Positions 1 to 9,666 are shown, counted from the stretch's first letter. The stretch is 64,000 nt of DNA from Thermodesulfobacteriota bacterium (GCA_965223335.1 OZ244991.1:1184001-1248000); one strand, 5' to 3'. Program-made: numbers and translations. Notes: generated by a model from the letters alone, not told the origin.

Positions 1-142
1 CTTGACGGGTGATCTTCTACATATTGTAACTCATTTAGTATGTGTCGGCATGGGAATATGTATCGCTCGTTATTATTGTGATTTCTTATTTTATTTTCGT
101 CAATAACCTAGAGGCTTGCTTACTCGCAGAGACACCTAAAAA

Positions 143-166
143 TTGTTACTATTTTTGTTACCATTT
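143..166. repeat. Tandem 12-bp direct repeat, candidate integrase arm-type sites
   Basis: TTGTTACTATTT (143-154) followed by TTGTTACCATTT (155-166), about 130 bp from a tRNA 3' half. Confidence 0.55.
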
Positions 167-291
167 TCAGCGAAGTACTAGCATTTTAGGTATATTTCCG
201 TATTCTTTAGTAACTTGCATAACTACGCAAGTGCTTGTTTTCGTTAAATTTGTAATATTGTATAATGGTTATGTATTGTATGATGTGAGTG

Positions 292-336
292 TTGACACGC
301 AAGAGGTCGCTGGTTCAAATCCTGCCGCGCTCACCA
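292..336 (+). pseudogene. 3' half of tRNA-Val(GAC), candidate att site
   Basis: Anticodon loop TTGACAC, then GCAAG, AGGTC, T-arm GCTGG-TTCAAAT-CCTGC, acceptor strand CGCGCTC-A-CCA. No D-arm or 5' acceptor strand upstream. Confidence 0.85.
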
Positions 337-362
337 CGATACCAATTAATTTATCTATTAAT

Positions 363-2297
363 ATGAGCGAAGTACAAATAAATTTTCCTGACGGGTCAAC
401 GAAGTCCTTTACCAAAGGTACGAGTGTGGGCGATATTCTAAAAGCATCGGGGATAATGCAAGACGTCGTTGGTGCACTTGTGGATGGAAGCCTTGTGGAT
501 TTCTGGCACGAAGTCGAGCACGACGCATCATTTGAGCCTGTGGTGTTCGGATCCGACCAGGGTCTCCACCTTATCCGCCATACCGCAGCTCATATCATGG
601 CAGAGGCGGTCCAGGCTATTTTCCCTGAGGCCAAGGTAACCATAGGCCCTGTCATTGATAACGGTTTTTACTATGATTTTGATTTCCCCAGGGGCTTTAC
701 TCCCGAGGACCTGGAGCAGATCGAGAAAAAGATGCAGGAGATTGTAAAGGAGAAAAAACCGCTTGTTAGGAGAAAAGTGTCTCGGGAAGACGCAATAAAA
801 ACATTCGGTGATATGGGAGAGAGTTATAAGGTAGAGATAATAGAGGACCTGCCCCCAGACGAGATGATCACCATATATGACCAGGACGGGTGGTACGATC
901 TCTGCCGCGGCCCCCATGCCCAGTCAACAGGCACTGTAAAGGCGTTTAAGTTGCTTAGCATTGCGGGGGCGTACTGGAGAGGCGATGAGCACAACCCCAT
1001 GCTCCAGCGTATTTACGGCACGGCGTTTTGGAACAAAAAGGAGCTTAAGGACTATATAGCCAAGCTTGAAGAGGCTAAGAAACGAGACCACAGGCGGCTT
1101 GGGCGCGAACTCGACCTATTTAGCATCCAAGAAGACATAGGCCCGGGTCTTGTGCTCTGGCACCCAAAGGGGGCCAAGATCAGAAGGATCATCGAAGACT
1201 TTTGGAAGACTCAGCACGACAGATTCGGCTACGAGCTCCTCTACACCCCGCACATTGCCAAACTCGACCTCTGGAAAACAAGCGGGCATGTGGATTTTTA
1301 CAAAGAGAATATGTACTCCCCAATGGAAGTGGAAAACTCCGAGTATCAGATAAAACCCATGAACTGCCCGTTCCATATTATGATCTACAAGTCCGGTATC
1401 CGGAGCTACAGGGACCTTCCCCTCAGATGGGCCGAGGTAGGCACTGTGTACCGCTACGAGAGGTCTGGTGTGTTACACGGGCTACTTAGGGTCAGGGGAT
1501 TCTCACAGGACGACGCCCATATATTCTGTAGACCCGACCAGATTGAGCAAGAGGTGCTCGGCGTGTTAGATCTCACTGTTTACTTTCTGCAGACATTCGG
1601 TTTCGACGACTACGAAATTTATCTGTCCACAAGGCCCGAGAAGTTTGTGGGCACCGAAGACGTATGGGAAAAGGCAACAGAGGCGCTTAGAAATGCTTTA
1701 AATAAAAAAGGCCTGCCCTATGAGATGGACGAGGGCGGGGGTGCATTCTACGGGCCCAAGATCGATCTTAAGATTAAAGATGTTTTGGGCAGAGCTTGGC
1801 AGTGCTCTACAGTTCAGGTAGATTTTAACCTCCCGGATCGGTTTGATATGAGCTTTATCGGCGAAGACAATAGCCGCCATCAGCCGATCATGATCCATCG
1901 GGCTGTGTTCGGTTCGATAGAAAGGTTCTTTGGGATTTTAATTGAGCACTATGGAGGGGCGTTTCCGCTCTGGCTTAGCCCTGCGCAGGTTCGTATTGCG
2001 ACTATCGCAGATGATCAGATCACCTATGCCGATAGTGTATACGACGAACTTGTATATAATAATATAAGGGTCGAGAAGGATTACCGGAACGAGAAACTGG
2101 GCTTTAAGGTGAGAGAGGCTCAAATGGAAAAGATTCCTTACCTCCTTGTCATAGGGGCTAAGGAGGAGGAACAAAAATTGGTAGCTCCTAGAAAACTGGG
2201 GGGCACCAATTTAGATTCGATGAGTACAAAAGAGTTTTTAGATATTATTAGTGTTGAGAATAATCCTGATGCATGGAGGGAGGAAAATAAGAAATAG
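363..2297 (+). CDS. thrS: Threonine--tRNA ligase
   Basis: TGS domain start MSEVQINFPDG; RHTAAH, DLCRGPH, KPMNCP, AFYGPKID. Start moved from 42 to the ATG at 363. Confidence 0.97.
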   Translation: MSEVQINFPDGSTKSFTKGTSVGDILKASGIMQDVVGALVDGSLVDFWHEVEHDASFEPVVFGSDQGLHLIRHTAAHIMAEAVQAIFPEAKVTIGPVIDNGFYYDFDFPRGFTPEDLEQIEKKMQEIVKEKKPLVRRKVSREDAIKTFGDMGESYKVEIIEDLPPDEMITIYDQDGWYDLCRGPHAQSTGTVKAFKLLSIAGAYWRGDEHNPMLQRIYGTAFWNKKELKDYIAKLEEAKKRDHRRLGRELDLFSIQEDIGPGLVLWHPKGAKIRRIIEDFWKTQHDRFGYELLYTPHIAKLDLWKTSGHVDFYKENMYSPMEVENSEYQIKPMNCPFHIMIYKSGIRSYRDLPLRWAEVGTVYRYERSGVLHGLLRVRGFSQDDAHIFCRPDQIEQEVLGVLDLTVYFLQTFGFDDYEIYLSTRPEKFVGTEDVWEKATEALRNALNKKGLPYEMDEGGGAFYGPKIDLKIKDVLGRAWQCSTVQVDFNLPDRFDMSFIGEDNSRHQPIMIHRAVFGSIERFFGILIEHYGGAFPLWLSPAQVRIATIADDQITYADSVYDELVYNNIRVEKDYRNEKLGFKVREAQMEKIPYLLVIGAKEEEQKLVAPRKLGGTNLDSMSTKEFLDIISVENNPDAWREENKK

Positions 2298-2881
2298 TTA
2301 GGCAAAGAGGCAGAGGGTTTCGCAAACGTGAACCCGAGATTCGAGTTAACCAGCGAATAAGAGCATCGGAGATACGAGTGATTGCTGAAGACGGCGCTCA
2401 ACTCGGGATAATGCCGACTGCCGAAGCATTAAAGTTGTCTCAGGAACAAGGAGTTGACCTTGTCGAGATTTCTCCGAATGCAAAACCCCCCGTGTGCAGG
2501 TTGATGGACTATGGCAAATACAAATATGAACTCAAGAAACAGGCCAGCGCAAAAAAACAAAAACCTCAGGTGCTCAAGGAGGTCAAGTTTCGTCCTAACA
2601 TAGGTGATCATGACCTCGATGTAAAAATTAATCGCATCAGGTCGTTTCTGGAAGACGATCATAAGACGAAGATAAGGATTTTTTACAGAGGACGTGAGAT
2701 TGTACACCCTCAAATCGGGCAGATGCTTGCCAACAAAATATTAGAGAGGGTAGCGGATTTGGGAGGGGTGGACACTCCACCCAAGATGGAGGGTAAAAAC
2801 CTCACAATGGTTATTGCTCCCAAGAAAAAAACTCAAGGTGGTAAAGAAAATGCCAAAGAACAAAGTCAAGACCAATCGTAG
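2294..2881 (+). CDS. infC: Translation initiation factor IF-3, probable ATA start
   Basis: IF3 motifs IRVNQRIRASEIRVI, PPVCRLMDYGKYKYE, KEVKFRPNI. The frame opens after TAA at 2288; ATA at 2294 follows GGAGG. Confidence 0.93.
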   Translation: MVRQRGRGFRKREPEIRVNQRIRASEIRVIAEDGAQLGIMPTAEALKLSQEQGVDLVEISPNAKPPVCRLMDYGKYKYELKKQASAKKQKPQVLKEVKFRPNIGDHDLDVKINRIRSFLEDDHKTKIRIFYRGREIVHPQIGQMLANKILERVADLGGVDTPPKMEGKNLTMVIAPKKKTQGGKENAKEQSQDQS

Positions 2882-3053
2882 TGCCGCAAAGAGGTTTAAG
2901 CTCACGGCTTCGGGTAAGGTAAAAAGAGCGCGGGGCGGCGGCAGCCACCTAAACGTCAAAAAAGCCAGAAAGCGCAAAAGACGGTTGAATTCCGCTGAGT
3001 TTATAGAGGGAAATGAGGCCAGGAGAATAAAAAGATATATACCTTACGTTTAA
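2850..3053 (+). CDS. rpmI: 50S ribosomal protein L35
   Basis: MPKNKVKTNRSAAKRFKLTASGKVKR; lies between infC and rplT. Confidence 0.95.
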   Translation: MPKNKVKTNRSAAKRFKLTASGKVKRARGGGSHLNVKKARKRKRRLNSAEFIEGNEARRIKRYIPYV

Positions 3054-3102
3054 ACGGTGTATTATTATAAAGTGTAGTTACTAGATTAAGGAGATCCCCC
3101 CA

Positions 3103-3456
3103 ATGCGAGTTAAACGAGGAGTACCATCCAGGAAAAGAAGAAAGCGGCTTCTAAAGCAGGCTAAAGGGTACTGGGGAAGAAGAAAAAACAATATAAGAAG
3201 GGCAAAAGAAACTGTTTTACGTGCATTAGCCTATTCTTACAGAGACAGACGCCAAAGAAAGAGGGACTTCAGAAGGCTTTGGATTACACGCATAAATGCG
3301 GCTGTAAGACCACACGGTCTTTCGTACAGCACGTTTATGGGCTCTCTTAAGAAAGCGGGTGTTGAACTCGACAGAAAAACGCTTGCAGAGATGGCCATAC
3401 ACGAGCCCGAGAGTTTCAAGGCTGTCGTGGATGTTGCCAAGACTGGTCTTAACTAA
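3103..3456 (+). CDS. rplT: 50S ribosomal protein L20
   Basis: MRVKRGV...AKGYWG...[24 protein letters not shown]. Confidence 0.98.
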   Translation: MRVKRGVPSRKRRKRLLKQAKGYWGRRKNNIRRAKETVLRALAYSYRDRRQRKRDFRRLWITRINAAVRPHGLSYSTFMGSLKKAGVELDRKTLAEMAIHEPESFKAVVDVAKTGLN

Positions 3457-3527
3457 GCCGTAAACCGCTGTATTTTCATCCGAGCAATTTATCTACGTGT
3501 ATTTTGTTAGTGGGCGAGTTGCGTCTC

Positions 3528-4187
3528 TCACTCTGTTTCATGCGGGTCGGACTCTAATGGACAGCCTTCACATAAAGGGTTTTTTTTCCGACACCGTTCT
3601 TTCCCAAGCCTTACAATCAGTGCGTGATATTCATTGAATAGAGCTGTGTCCTCGGGCAGAGAATCTACAAACAGCTCCTGTATCTCATAGTAGGTGGAGT
3701 CTCGGGGTACAAGGCCGTGTCTGCTAAAAATCCTGTGCGTATAGGCATCGACTACAAAGGCTGGTTTATTGCAGGCATACAGTAATATAGAGTCGGCAGT
3801 CTCAGGGCCGATCCCTTTAATTGATAACAGTTTTTCCCTAAGTCTATCGTTAGGCTCCAAGCAGGTTTTTTTTAGATCACTACCATATTCGGTATAAAGA
3901 AAGTTAACCAGGTTCTTTATCTTTTTAGCCTTCTCGTTGTAGTAACCCGAGGGTCGTATGAGCTCCGCCAGAGTCTCGGTAGGTACCGACAAAAGGTTTT
4001 TAATTGTAAGCGGCTCTGCACGCTTTAGGTTGGTAATGGCTTTTTCTACATTGGTCCACGAGGTGTTTTGTGTGAGTATGGCCCCCACCATACACTCTAG
4101 CGCAGTATCGGCAGGCCACCAGTGCTGCGGTCCGTAGTGGTTGTATAGGAGTTTGTAAAGGAGCTCTAATCTCTCTTTTCTAGTCAT
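3528..4187 (-). CDS. Endonuclease III-related HhH-GPD DNA glycosylase with Fe-S motif
   Basis: GAILTQNTSW, LLSIKGIGPETADSI, VVDAYT, C-x6-C-x2-C. Confidence 0.9.
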   Translation of the reverse strand: MTRKERLELLYKLLYNHYGPQHWWPADTALECMVGAILTQNTSWTNVEKAITNLKRAEPLTIKNLLSVPTETLAELIRPSGYYNEKAKKIKNLVNFLYTEYGSDLKKTCLEPNDRLREKLLSIKGIGPETADSILLYACNKPAFVVDAYTHRIFSRHGLVPRDSTYYEIQELFVDSLPEDTALFNEYHALIVRLGKERCRKKNPLCEGCPLESDPHETE

Positions 4188-4239
4188 AAGAGAGACTACA
4201 TTATAACCCTATATGGTTTTCTTGGCACCCGTTACGGTT

Positions 4240-5085
4240 CTACTCAGTTGTAATGGGGTTGTTCTCGGCTTTATCCGAAGCCTCATAGTATGGTATTGCC
4301 TCAGGCAGCCAAGTCTTAAGGTTGTTAATTCGGGTACCATAGCCCGGGTGCGTGGACAAAAACTCTGGCGGCTGAGGTTTCCCTTTTACCGCAGCGTCCA
4401 TTCGTTCCCAAAACCCCACGGCCTCGCGCGGGTCGTATCCGGCTTTTGCCATGTATATGAGTCCGATTCTGTCTGCCTCCGACTCCTGTCCGCGGCTAAA
4501 TGGCAGGAGCGCCCCCACCTGTACCCCAAGGCCATAGGCCTGCATAATAGCTGTGGCCACATAGGGGTTTGTGCCCCCGAGCGCAGCGCTTAGCCCCGTG
4601 GCACCTACCTGTGCCAGTATCCCTGTCGATACTCGCTCACCACCGTGGCGTGCGGCTACATGTGCCACCTCGTGTGCCATAACGGTTGCGAGCCCCGCAT
4701 CATTCTGCGCGACCGGCAATATACCCGTATACACAGCCACCTTCCCACCCGGCAGCGCAAACGCGTTAATCTGTTCACTGTTATCGATTACCTTGAAATC
4801 CCACTCATACGCCGGGGTGTCTGAGACAGCGGCTATCCTGTCCCCGACCCTTGTGACAGCGCTATTATAAGTAGTGTTGTAAGAGACTTTCTCGTCCTTA
4901 AGCACCTCTTGGAACGCAAGGAGCCCCATCTCGTTTTCCTGCTCCTGCGACAAGAGCATTAGCTGTGAGCGGCCCGTGACAGGTGCTTTTGCACATGCAA
5001 GCAGTATTAGACCCAGCACCAATAATACCGCAAGTGTCCCTGCTCCGACCGACCGGTTAATTTTTCTAAGTGATAATGTTGACAT
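4240..5085 (-). CDS. M48 family metallopeptidase lipoprotein
   Basis: Lipobox LLAC, NAFALPGG, HEVAH, ESEAD, STHP. Confidence 0.92.
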   Translation of the reverse strand: MSTLSLRKINRSVGAGTLAVLLVLGLILLACAKAPVTGRSQLMLLSQEQENEMGLLAFQEVLKDEKVSYNTTYNSAVTRVGDRIAAVSDTPAYEWDFKVIDNSEQINAFALPGGKVAVYTGILPVAQNDAGLATVMAHEVAHVAARHGGERVSTGILAQVGATGLSAALGGTNPYVATAIMQAYGLGVQVGALLPFSRGQESEADRIGLIYMAKAGYDPREAVGFWERMDAAVKGKPQPPEFLSTHPGYGTRINNLKTWLPEAIPYYEASDKAENNPITTE

Positions 5086-5166
5086 TTGTTAACCCCTCCG
5101 ACAGTAAGTAAACCCTTATTTAAATATTATAACAAACAATTACCGTTTTTGGGGAACTCTCGTAAT

Positions 5167-5210
5167 AACTATGCAAGTGTACCTGTACTTAGTGGCACAC
5201 CTGCATAGTT
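5167..5210 (-). terminator. Hairpin, likely terminator of the tetR-aminotransferase unit
   Basis: 17-bp imperfect inverted repeat whose mismatches become G-U pairs on the minus strand, just past the aminotransferase stop. Confidence 0.6.
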
Positions 5211-5224
5211 TGTAGTCAGTTTTG

Positions 5225-6412
5225 TTAGGCCTTAACCTTTACCAGGTTAGCCTCTTTCATCCTTCTGATGCCTTCGTCAATATCCTCATCGGCACACGCA
5301 TATGTAACACGTATGTACCCTTCGCCTTGGCTACCAAAAGCGGTACCTGCGACTACTGCTACACCTACCGTTTCAACTAGACGGTCTGTGAATTCCTGTG
5401 AGCTTAGACCTGTACCTGTAATGTCTGCAAAAGCGTAGAACGCACCATCCGGACTGTCGCATTTAATGCCCGGCACGGTGTTTAGGCCGGCAACCATACG
5501 GTCGCGTTTCTGTTCCAGTAGTTTTGTTTTTTCTATCACCCAGTCCTGCGGCCCCGAGATGGCTGCATAGGCTGCTTTCTGTATGAAAGCCGCAACGTTT
5601 GTGATCGAGTCCTGTAAGAAGATCGAGAGTTTATCGATCACAGGTTTAGGTGCAACTGCCCACCCGATTCTCCAACCCGTCATTGCATAGGTTTTTGAGA
5701 ATGTATCGATCACGATGGTCCTGTCTTCCATCCCTGGTATTGCTTCCACGGTTTTGTGGGGCTTGCCGAATGTCACATGTGAAAAAATTTCATCAGAAAT
5801 CACCATCACATGCGGGTGCTTAAAGCAGAGCTCGGCTATGGCTTCTGGGTTCTCCACAAGGTGGCCGTTTGGTCTCTGCGGGGTGTTGATAATGATCAGT
5901 TTTGTTTTTGGCGTTATCAGACTATCCAGTTTTTCTACATCAAACTGCCAGTCGGGTTTTGTAAGAGGAGTGTGTTTGATATTGGCCCTCACATATTTGG
6001 CCCATACCTCATCGGGCGGATAGCCCGGGTTTGGGAATATCACATCGTCGTCCTCTTCCAGGAACGTCAACAGCGACATTGTCAGGGCGTGTTTAGCCCC
6101 GGCGGTTACAATTACTTCTTCGGGTACGGTTTTCCGTCCCCTACCTGTCATCTCTTCTGCAATCGCTTCACGCAGCTCCGGGAGTCCCGGCCCCGGATCA
6201 TATCTCACATAACCTTCTCTAAGCGCTCTCTCGGTAGCTTCGAGTATGTGTGGGGGGGTGTCGAAATCCGGTCCCTGGTAATCCCCTTTCTCAAAGTGGA
6301 TTATCTTCTGACCGGTTTTTTTCTCCAGTTCCCTGGCTACCCTCATGCTGGCCCACTGCTTAGGTGGCACGAAATGACTTATCTTAGAACTGAATGGATA
6401 AGAGTCTGGCAT
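5225..6412 (-). CDS. PLP-dependent aminotransferase class I/II
   Basis: GLPELREAIA, SDEIF, SKTYAMTGWRIG. Start set to MPDSY, which follows SD AAGGAGG. Confidence 0.92.
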   Translation of the reverse strand: MPDSYPFSSKISHFVPPKQWASMRVARELEKKTGQKIIHFEKGDYQGPDFDTPPHILEATERALREGYVRYDPGPGLPELREAIAEEMTGRGRKTVPEEVIVTAGAKHALTMSLLTFLEEDDDVIFPNPGYPPDEVWAKYVRANIKHTPLTKPDWQFDVEKLDSLITPKTKLIIINTPQRPNGHLVENPEAIAELCFKHPHVMVISDEIFSHVTFGKPHKTVEAIPGMEDRTIVIDTFSKTYAMTGWRIGWAVAPKPVIDKLSIFLQDSITNVAAFIQKAAYAAISGPQDWVIEKTKLLEQKRDRMVAGLNTVPGIKCDSPDGAFYAFADITGTGLSSQEFTDRLVETVGVAVVAGTAFGSQGEGYIRVTYACADEDIDEGIRRMKEANLVKVKA

Positions 6413-6478
6413 CGTAAATACCTCCTTATATATATTAAAAATGGTTTCCTTACCACAACCCATAATTCTCTATTTTAT

Positions 6479-7105
6479 TTAGTGTTTCGATAAAACTCCT
6501 TCCGATATAACGTTGTATACCTCCTCGGCTATATCCGTAGCCGATTTGTCGGCTTTGTAAAAAAACATCACCGATCTTACCAATCCAAATATTATTAGTG
6601 CTGCAAGCTCTGGGTTTTGGATCTTAAATGACCCCTCTCGGATTCCTTTGTTCAGTATCTTTTCATATAGCTTTATCCTTCTTAGCCTCCAGTGCTCTGT
6701 AAACTCGTAATGCTCTCGGATCAGGTGTGTTTCATCCCTGCTCAGTATACGCAGAGCGTCAAGGTTCTGACGGTAGAATTTAAATATGAGCTGCAGGATT
6801 TTCTTAAGCTTCTGGGGTGCGGGGTCGTTCTTGGCAATCTCCCTCTCAAGGAGCGACTCAATCGACTCATAAGTGTCTTCCAGGATTTCCAAGTATAGCT
6901 TTTCCTTCGATTCGAAGTACAGATAGATGGTACCTTTGGCTACACCCACATTTTCAGCCAGTTCGTCCATTGTGACATCATGATAGCTCTTGGATGAGAA
7001 AAGTGTGGATGCGGCCTTCATTATCTCTTCTTTCCGGCCTACCTTGCCCTTAGGCCGATCCTGTCTCTTTAGTTTCTTTTCCACTATCTTTTTCGCTTTA
7101 GCCAT
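6479..7105 (-). CDS. TetR/AcrR family regulator
   Basis: HTH TMDELAENVGVAKGTIYLYFESKE. Confidence 0.95.
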   Translation of the reverse strand: MAKAKKIVEKKLKRQDRPKGKVGRKEEIMKAASTLFSSKSYHDVTMDELAENVGVAKGTIYLYFESKEKLYLEILEDTYESIESLLEREIAKNDPAPQKLKKILQLIFKFYRQNLDALRILSRDETHLIREHYEFTEHWRLRRIKLYEKILNKGIREGSFKIQNPELAALIIFGLVRSVMFFYKADKSATDIAEEVYNVISEGVLSKH

Positions 7106-7125
7106 TATTCAACCCATCACAGTGA

Positions 7126-7169
7126 ACTGACTAGTCAGTCAATATAGTATAAAACAAATTTTTTGTCAA
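7126..7169 (-). promoter_or_regulatory. sigma70 promoter with TetR-type operator
   Basis: TTGACA-17-TATATT on the minus strand, followed by the perfect palindrome ACTGACTAGTCAGT (7126-7139). Confidence 0.75.
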
Positions 7170-7299
7170 GAATTTTTTTTTGCATTATAAAAATTAGCTA
7201 GAGAGTCTATTTTGGAGCTTAAATGAATTTAATGCCGAGATCTCAATACAGTGCAATAGGATTTAAAGTGATCTTAATAATTGTTTACAATTTAGGGGC

Positions 7300-7596
7300 A
7301 TGGATAGTCAATCATCCTATAACGATAGATGCGCTTTGTGCAAGAGACCCCTGCCGGCTAAACCCAGCCGCCACCATTTAGTACCGCGGGCATTCGGGGG
7401 TAGGGATATTGTGTATCTACACAGAATTTGCCACCGGCAAATACATGCCACATTTACCGAGAGGGAGCTCTTAAATCACTACAACACAATAGAGCGCATA
7501 TTGAGCCACCGAGGCATTCGTGAATTTGTATCGTGGGTAAAAAATAAACCACCCGAGTTTCATAAGAGGACTAAAACCAGGAAAAGTAGATCCTAA
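7300..7596 (+). CDS. Small HNH-domain protein
   Basis: CALC, HHLVP, LHRICHRQIH. Confidence 0.8.
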   Translation: MDSQSSYNDRCALCKRPLPAKPSRHHLVPRAFGGRDIVYLHRICHRQIHATFTERELLNHYNTIERILSHRGIREFVSWVKNKPPEFHKRTKTRKSRS

Positions 7597-7620
7597 ACTG
7601 CCAGGTATTCCAACATATGT

Positions 7621-8412
7621 TTATTCAGGCTGCTCGAGTAGTTGGATTATTGAAAACACAGCCCCTTGCAAGTCCTGTATCACTGCAAATATGCCCACAT
7701 CCGGAATATCGGTCGGGGGAGTAAGCACTGTGCTTCCCAACTCCACAGATGTCTGCACTGCAGACTCACAGTCATCTATAGCAAAGTAGGTGATCCAGCT
7801 TGGCGGCATGTTACCCATCTCGTCGTTTAGCTTCATCATGCCCGCTGCGGGTTTCTCACCATTCATGAAAATTGTGTAGTCTACGCCACTGAAATCCTCT
7901 GTATTAGCGGTCCAGTCAAACAGCTCGCAATAAAACTCCCGGGCTTTATCGGTGTTGTTTGTAAGGAGTTCGTTCCAGCACAGTGTGCCGTGCTCGTTTA
8001 CCAAACGCGCCCCAATGTGTGCACCTGCCTGCCATAGCGATACGATCCCTCCTGTGGGGTCCTGCACCGAAGCCATCCTCCCGGCGTCAAATACATCCAT
8101 CGGTTCCACAATTATATGACCACCCAAATCTTGAACCCTCTTAACTACTTCATCCACATCCCGAACAGCAACATAATTGGCCCAGTGCGTGGGCACATTA
8201 TGTTCTTTTTGTTCATCCCACATCTCATACAGTGCACCAACCTCTTTACCCTCTACATAAGCCATCGAATAGTATTTATCCTCTCCGATCGGGACATCTT
8301 TTATTTCCCAATCGAATAAGGTCGAATAGAATTCTTTTGCTGTGTTAACGTCAGATGCCACGAGCTCTGGCCAGCAAAACGTACCGCTAGAGTATTGATC
8401 GATTAGAGTCAT
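7621..8412 (-). CDS. Two-domain VOC/glyoxalase family protein
   Basis: Repeated WxEL...FY..LFDW and DPxG motifs. Confidence 0.88.
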   Translation of the reverse strand: MTLIDQYSSGTFCWPELVASDVNTAKEFYSTLFDWEIKDVPIGEDKYYSMAYVEGKEVGALYEMWDEQKEHNVPTHWANYVAVRDVDEVVKRVQDLGGHIIVEPMDVFDAGRMASVQDPTGGIVSLWQAGAHIGARLVNEHGTLCWNELLTNNTDKAREFYCELFDWTANTEDFSGVDYTIFMNGEKPAAGMMKLNDEMGNMPPSWITYFAIDDCESAVQTSVELGSTVLTPPTDIPDVGIFAVIQDLQGAVFSIIQLLEQPE

Positions 8413-8504
8413 TAGGTAATGACCTCCTATAAATTGAAATTGCTCATATCTTCAATCTATCATTATGTATCATTCTGAGTTTAAAATCACTATTCTATGT
8501 GGGT

Positions 8505-8600
8505 AGGAAATAGGACTGAGGACGATCTCTCAACCGTCCTCAGTGTAGCCAAGAAGGACCCAAGGTATTAGGGAGGGTTATGGTTCGGATAAAAGCGGGC
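8505..8600 (-). ncRNA. Candidate Pho-box-driven sRNA, or structured leader of the VOC gene
   Basis: Downstream of a minus-strand repeat array; CCCUCCC tract; hairpin 8515-8544 with a G-U pair on the minus strand. Ends approximate. Confidence 0.4.
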
Positions 8601-8625
8601 ATTGGTTTATAGTTAAACAAACTCT

Positions 8626-8664
8626 GATTAAGGGTGTATTTAGGAGTTGTTAAGTCCGTGTTAA
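8626..8664 (-). promoter_or_regulatory. Pho-box-like array A
   Basis: TTAACA, TTAACA, TAAATA, TTAATC at exact 11-bp period on the minus strand. Confidence 0.6.
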
Positions 8665-8792
8665 TACTAGAAGTATCGCCATAACACCCTGTGATAATTG
8701 ACAATATTAAATGCAGGCGAAATTTTTTAGATGAGGGTTGTGCAATCCATATTTTTCACTACTTAAGGGATTGCAATTGATCCATATGTTTA

Positions 8793-8831
8793 TTAAATCG
8801 GGTTTAACAAAGCATTAAACCTTTCTTAACA
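8793..8831 (+). promoter_or_regulatory. Pho-box-like array B
   Basis: TTAAAT 8793, TTAACA 8804, TTAAAC 8815, TTAACA 8826. Confidence 0.7.
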
Positions 8832-8908
8832 TTTCTATCTTAAGATAATTAATAGATTGATGATACTGATCAAGGTATTATAATTCTTTAAGGAGAAAGG
8901 TTCATCGA

Positions 8909-9547
8909 ATGTCTACTAAGAAACAACAGATGCAAGGATTAGGCGAAACTGTAATAGTCCCGGTTGACTGGTCAGTGCGGATTGCAAGGTTTGTATCCAG
9001 GATCAGCAGCCCGCCTATTATTGCAGTTGTTGCAATTATGTTGAGTGCACTTGCCATCGACAGCAGGTCGCCATGGTTCTGGATAGTAGCGTATGTGACA
9101 CTCTCGGTTGTACCGCCTACGTTGTATATTTTCTGGCTTGTGAGAAAAGGAGAGATTACAGATTTTCATCTCATCGAACGAGAGCAAAGAACAAAACCCC
9201 TTATTGTAGTACTCGTTAATACAATGCTTGTCTGTGGAATTATGTATTTAGCAGGGGTACCAAAATTGATGTTGATAATGACAGGAATAGTTTTTGTGCA
9301 AGTGTTTTTGATTTTGCTAATAACATTGAGGTGGAAGATAAGCGGTCATTGCACTGCTGCGGCCGGGCTATCTCTACTCGCCATCATACTGTTCGGAGCG
9401 CAGGCCATACCACTATTCATTATTGTTCCCGTAATTGCATGGTCGCGAATCCATATCAACAGGCATAGCTTTGCACAGACAATCGCCGGTTGTTTGTTGG
9501 GAGCTATTACGGTTGTGCCTCTACTCTTGTTTTCTAACCTATACTAA
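8909..9547 (+). CDS. PAP2-superfamily membrane phosphatase-like protein
   Basis: Multiple TM helices; KISGH and SRxxxxxHxxxQ motifs; SD AAGGAG. Confidence 0.75.
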   Translation: MSTKKQQMQGLGETVIVPVDWSVRIARFVSRISSPPIIAVVAIMLSALAIDSRSPWFWIVAYVTLSVVPPTLYIFWLVRKGEITDFHLIEREQRTKPLIVVLVNTMLVCGIMYLAGVPKLMLIMTGIVFVQVFLILLITLRWKISGHCTAAAGLSLLAIILFGAQAIPLFIIVPVIAWSRIHINRHSFAQTIAGCLLGAITVVPLLLFSNLY

Positions 9548-9606
9548 TTGATCCACCTTTTTCATATAGCAATACGCTAGAGTTTCGTAATCGTAAATAT
9601 TTAGGA

Positions 9607-9645
9607 TTAACATTTGATTAATCAACCCACAACATTTTCTTAATA
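9607..9645 (+). promoter_or_regulatory. Pho-box-like array C
   Basis: TTAACA 9607, TTAATC 9618, ACAACA 9629, TTAATA 9640. Confidence 0.6.
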
Positions 9646-9666
9646 TTAGTATGTCATTGTATTTAA

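Noticed and set aside
42..362. 107-aa N-terminal extension of ThrS in the ORF track
   Set aside because: Chance open frame through AT-rich DNA and the tRNA fragment; ThrS similarity begins at ATG 363
7300..7596. HNH protein as a homing endonuclease or defence system
   Set aside because: Small stand-alone HNH with no intron, methylase or partner gene nearby
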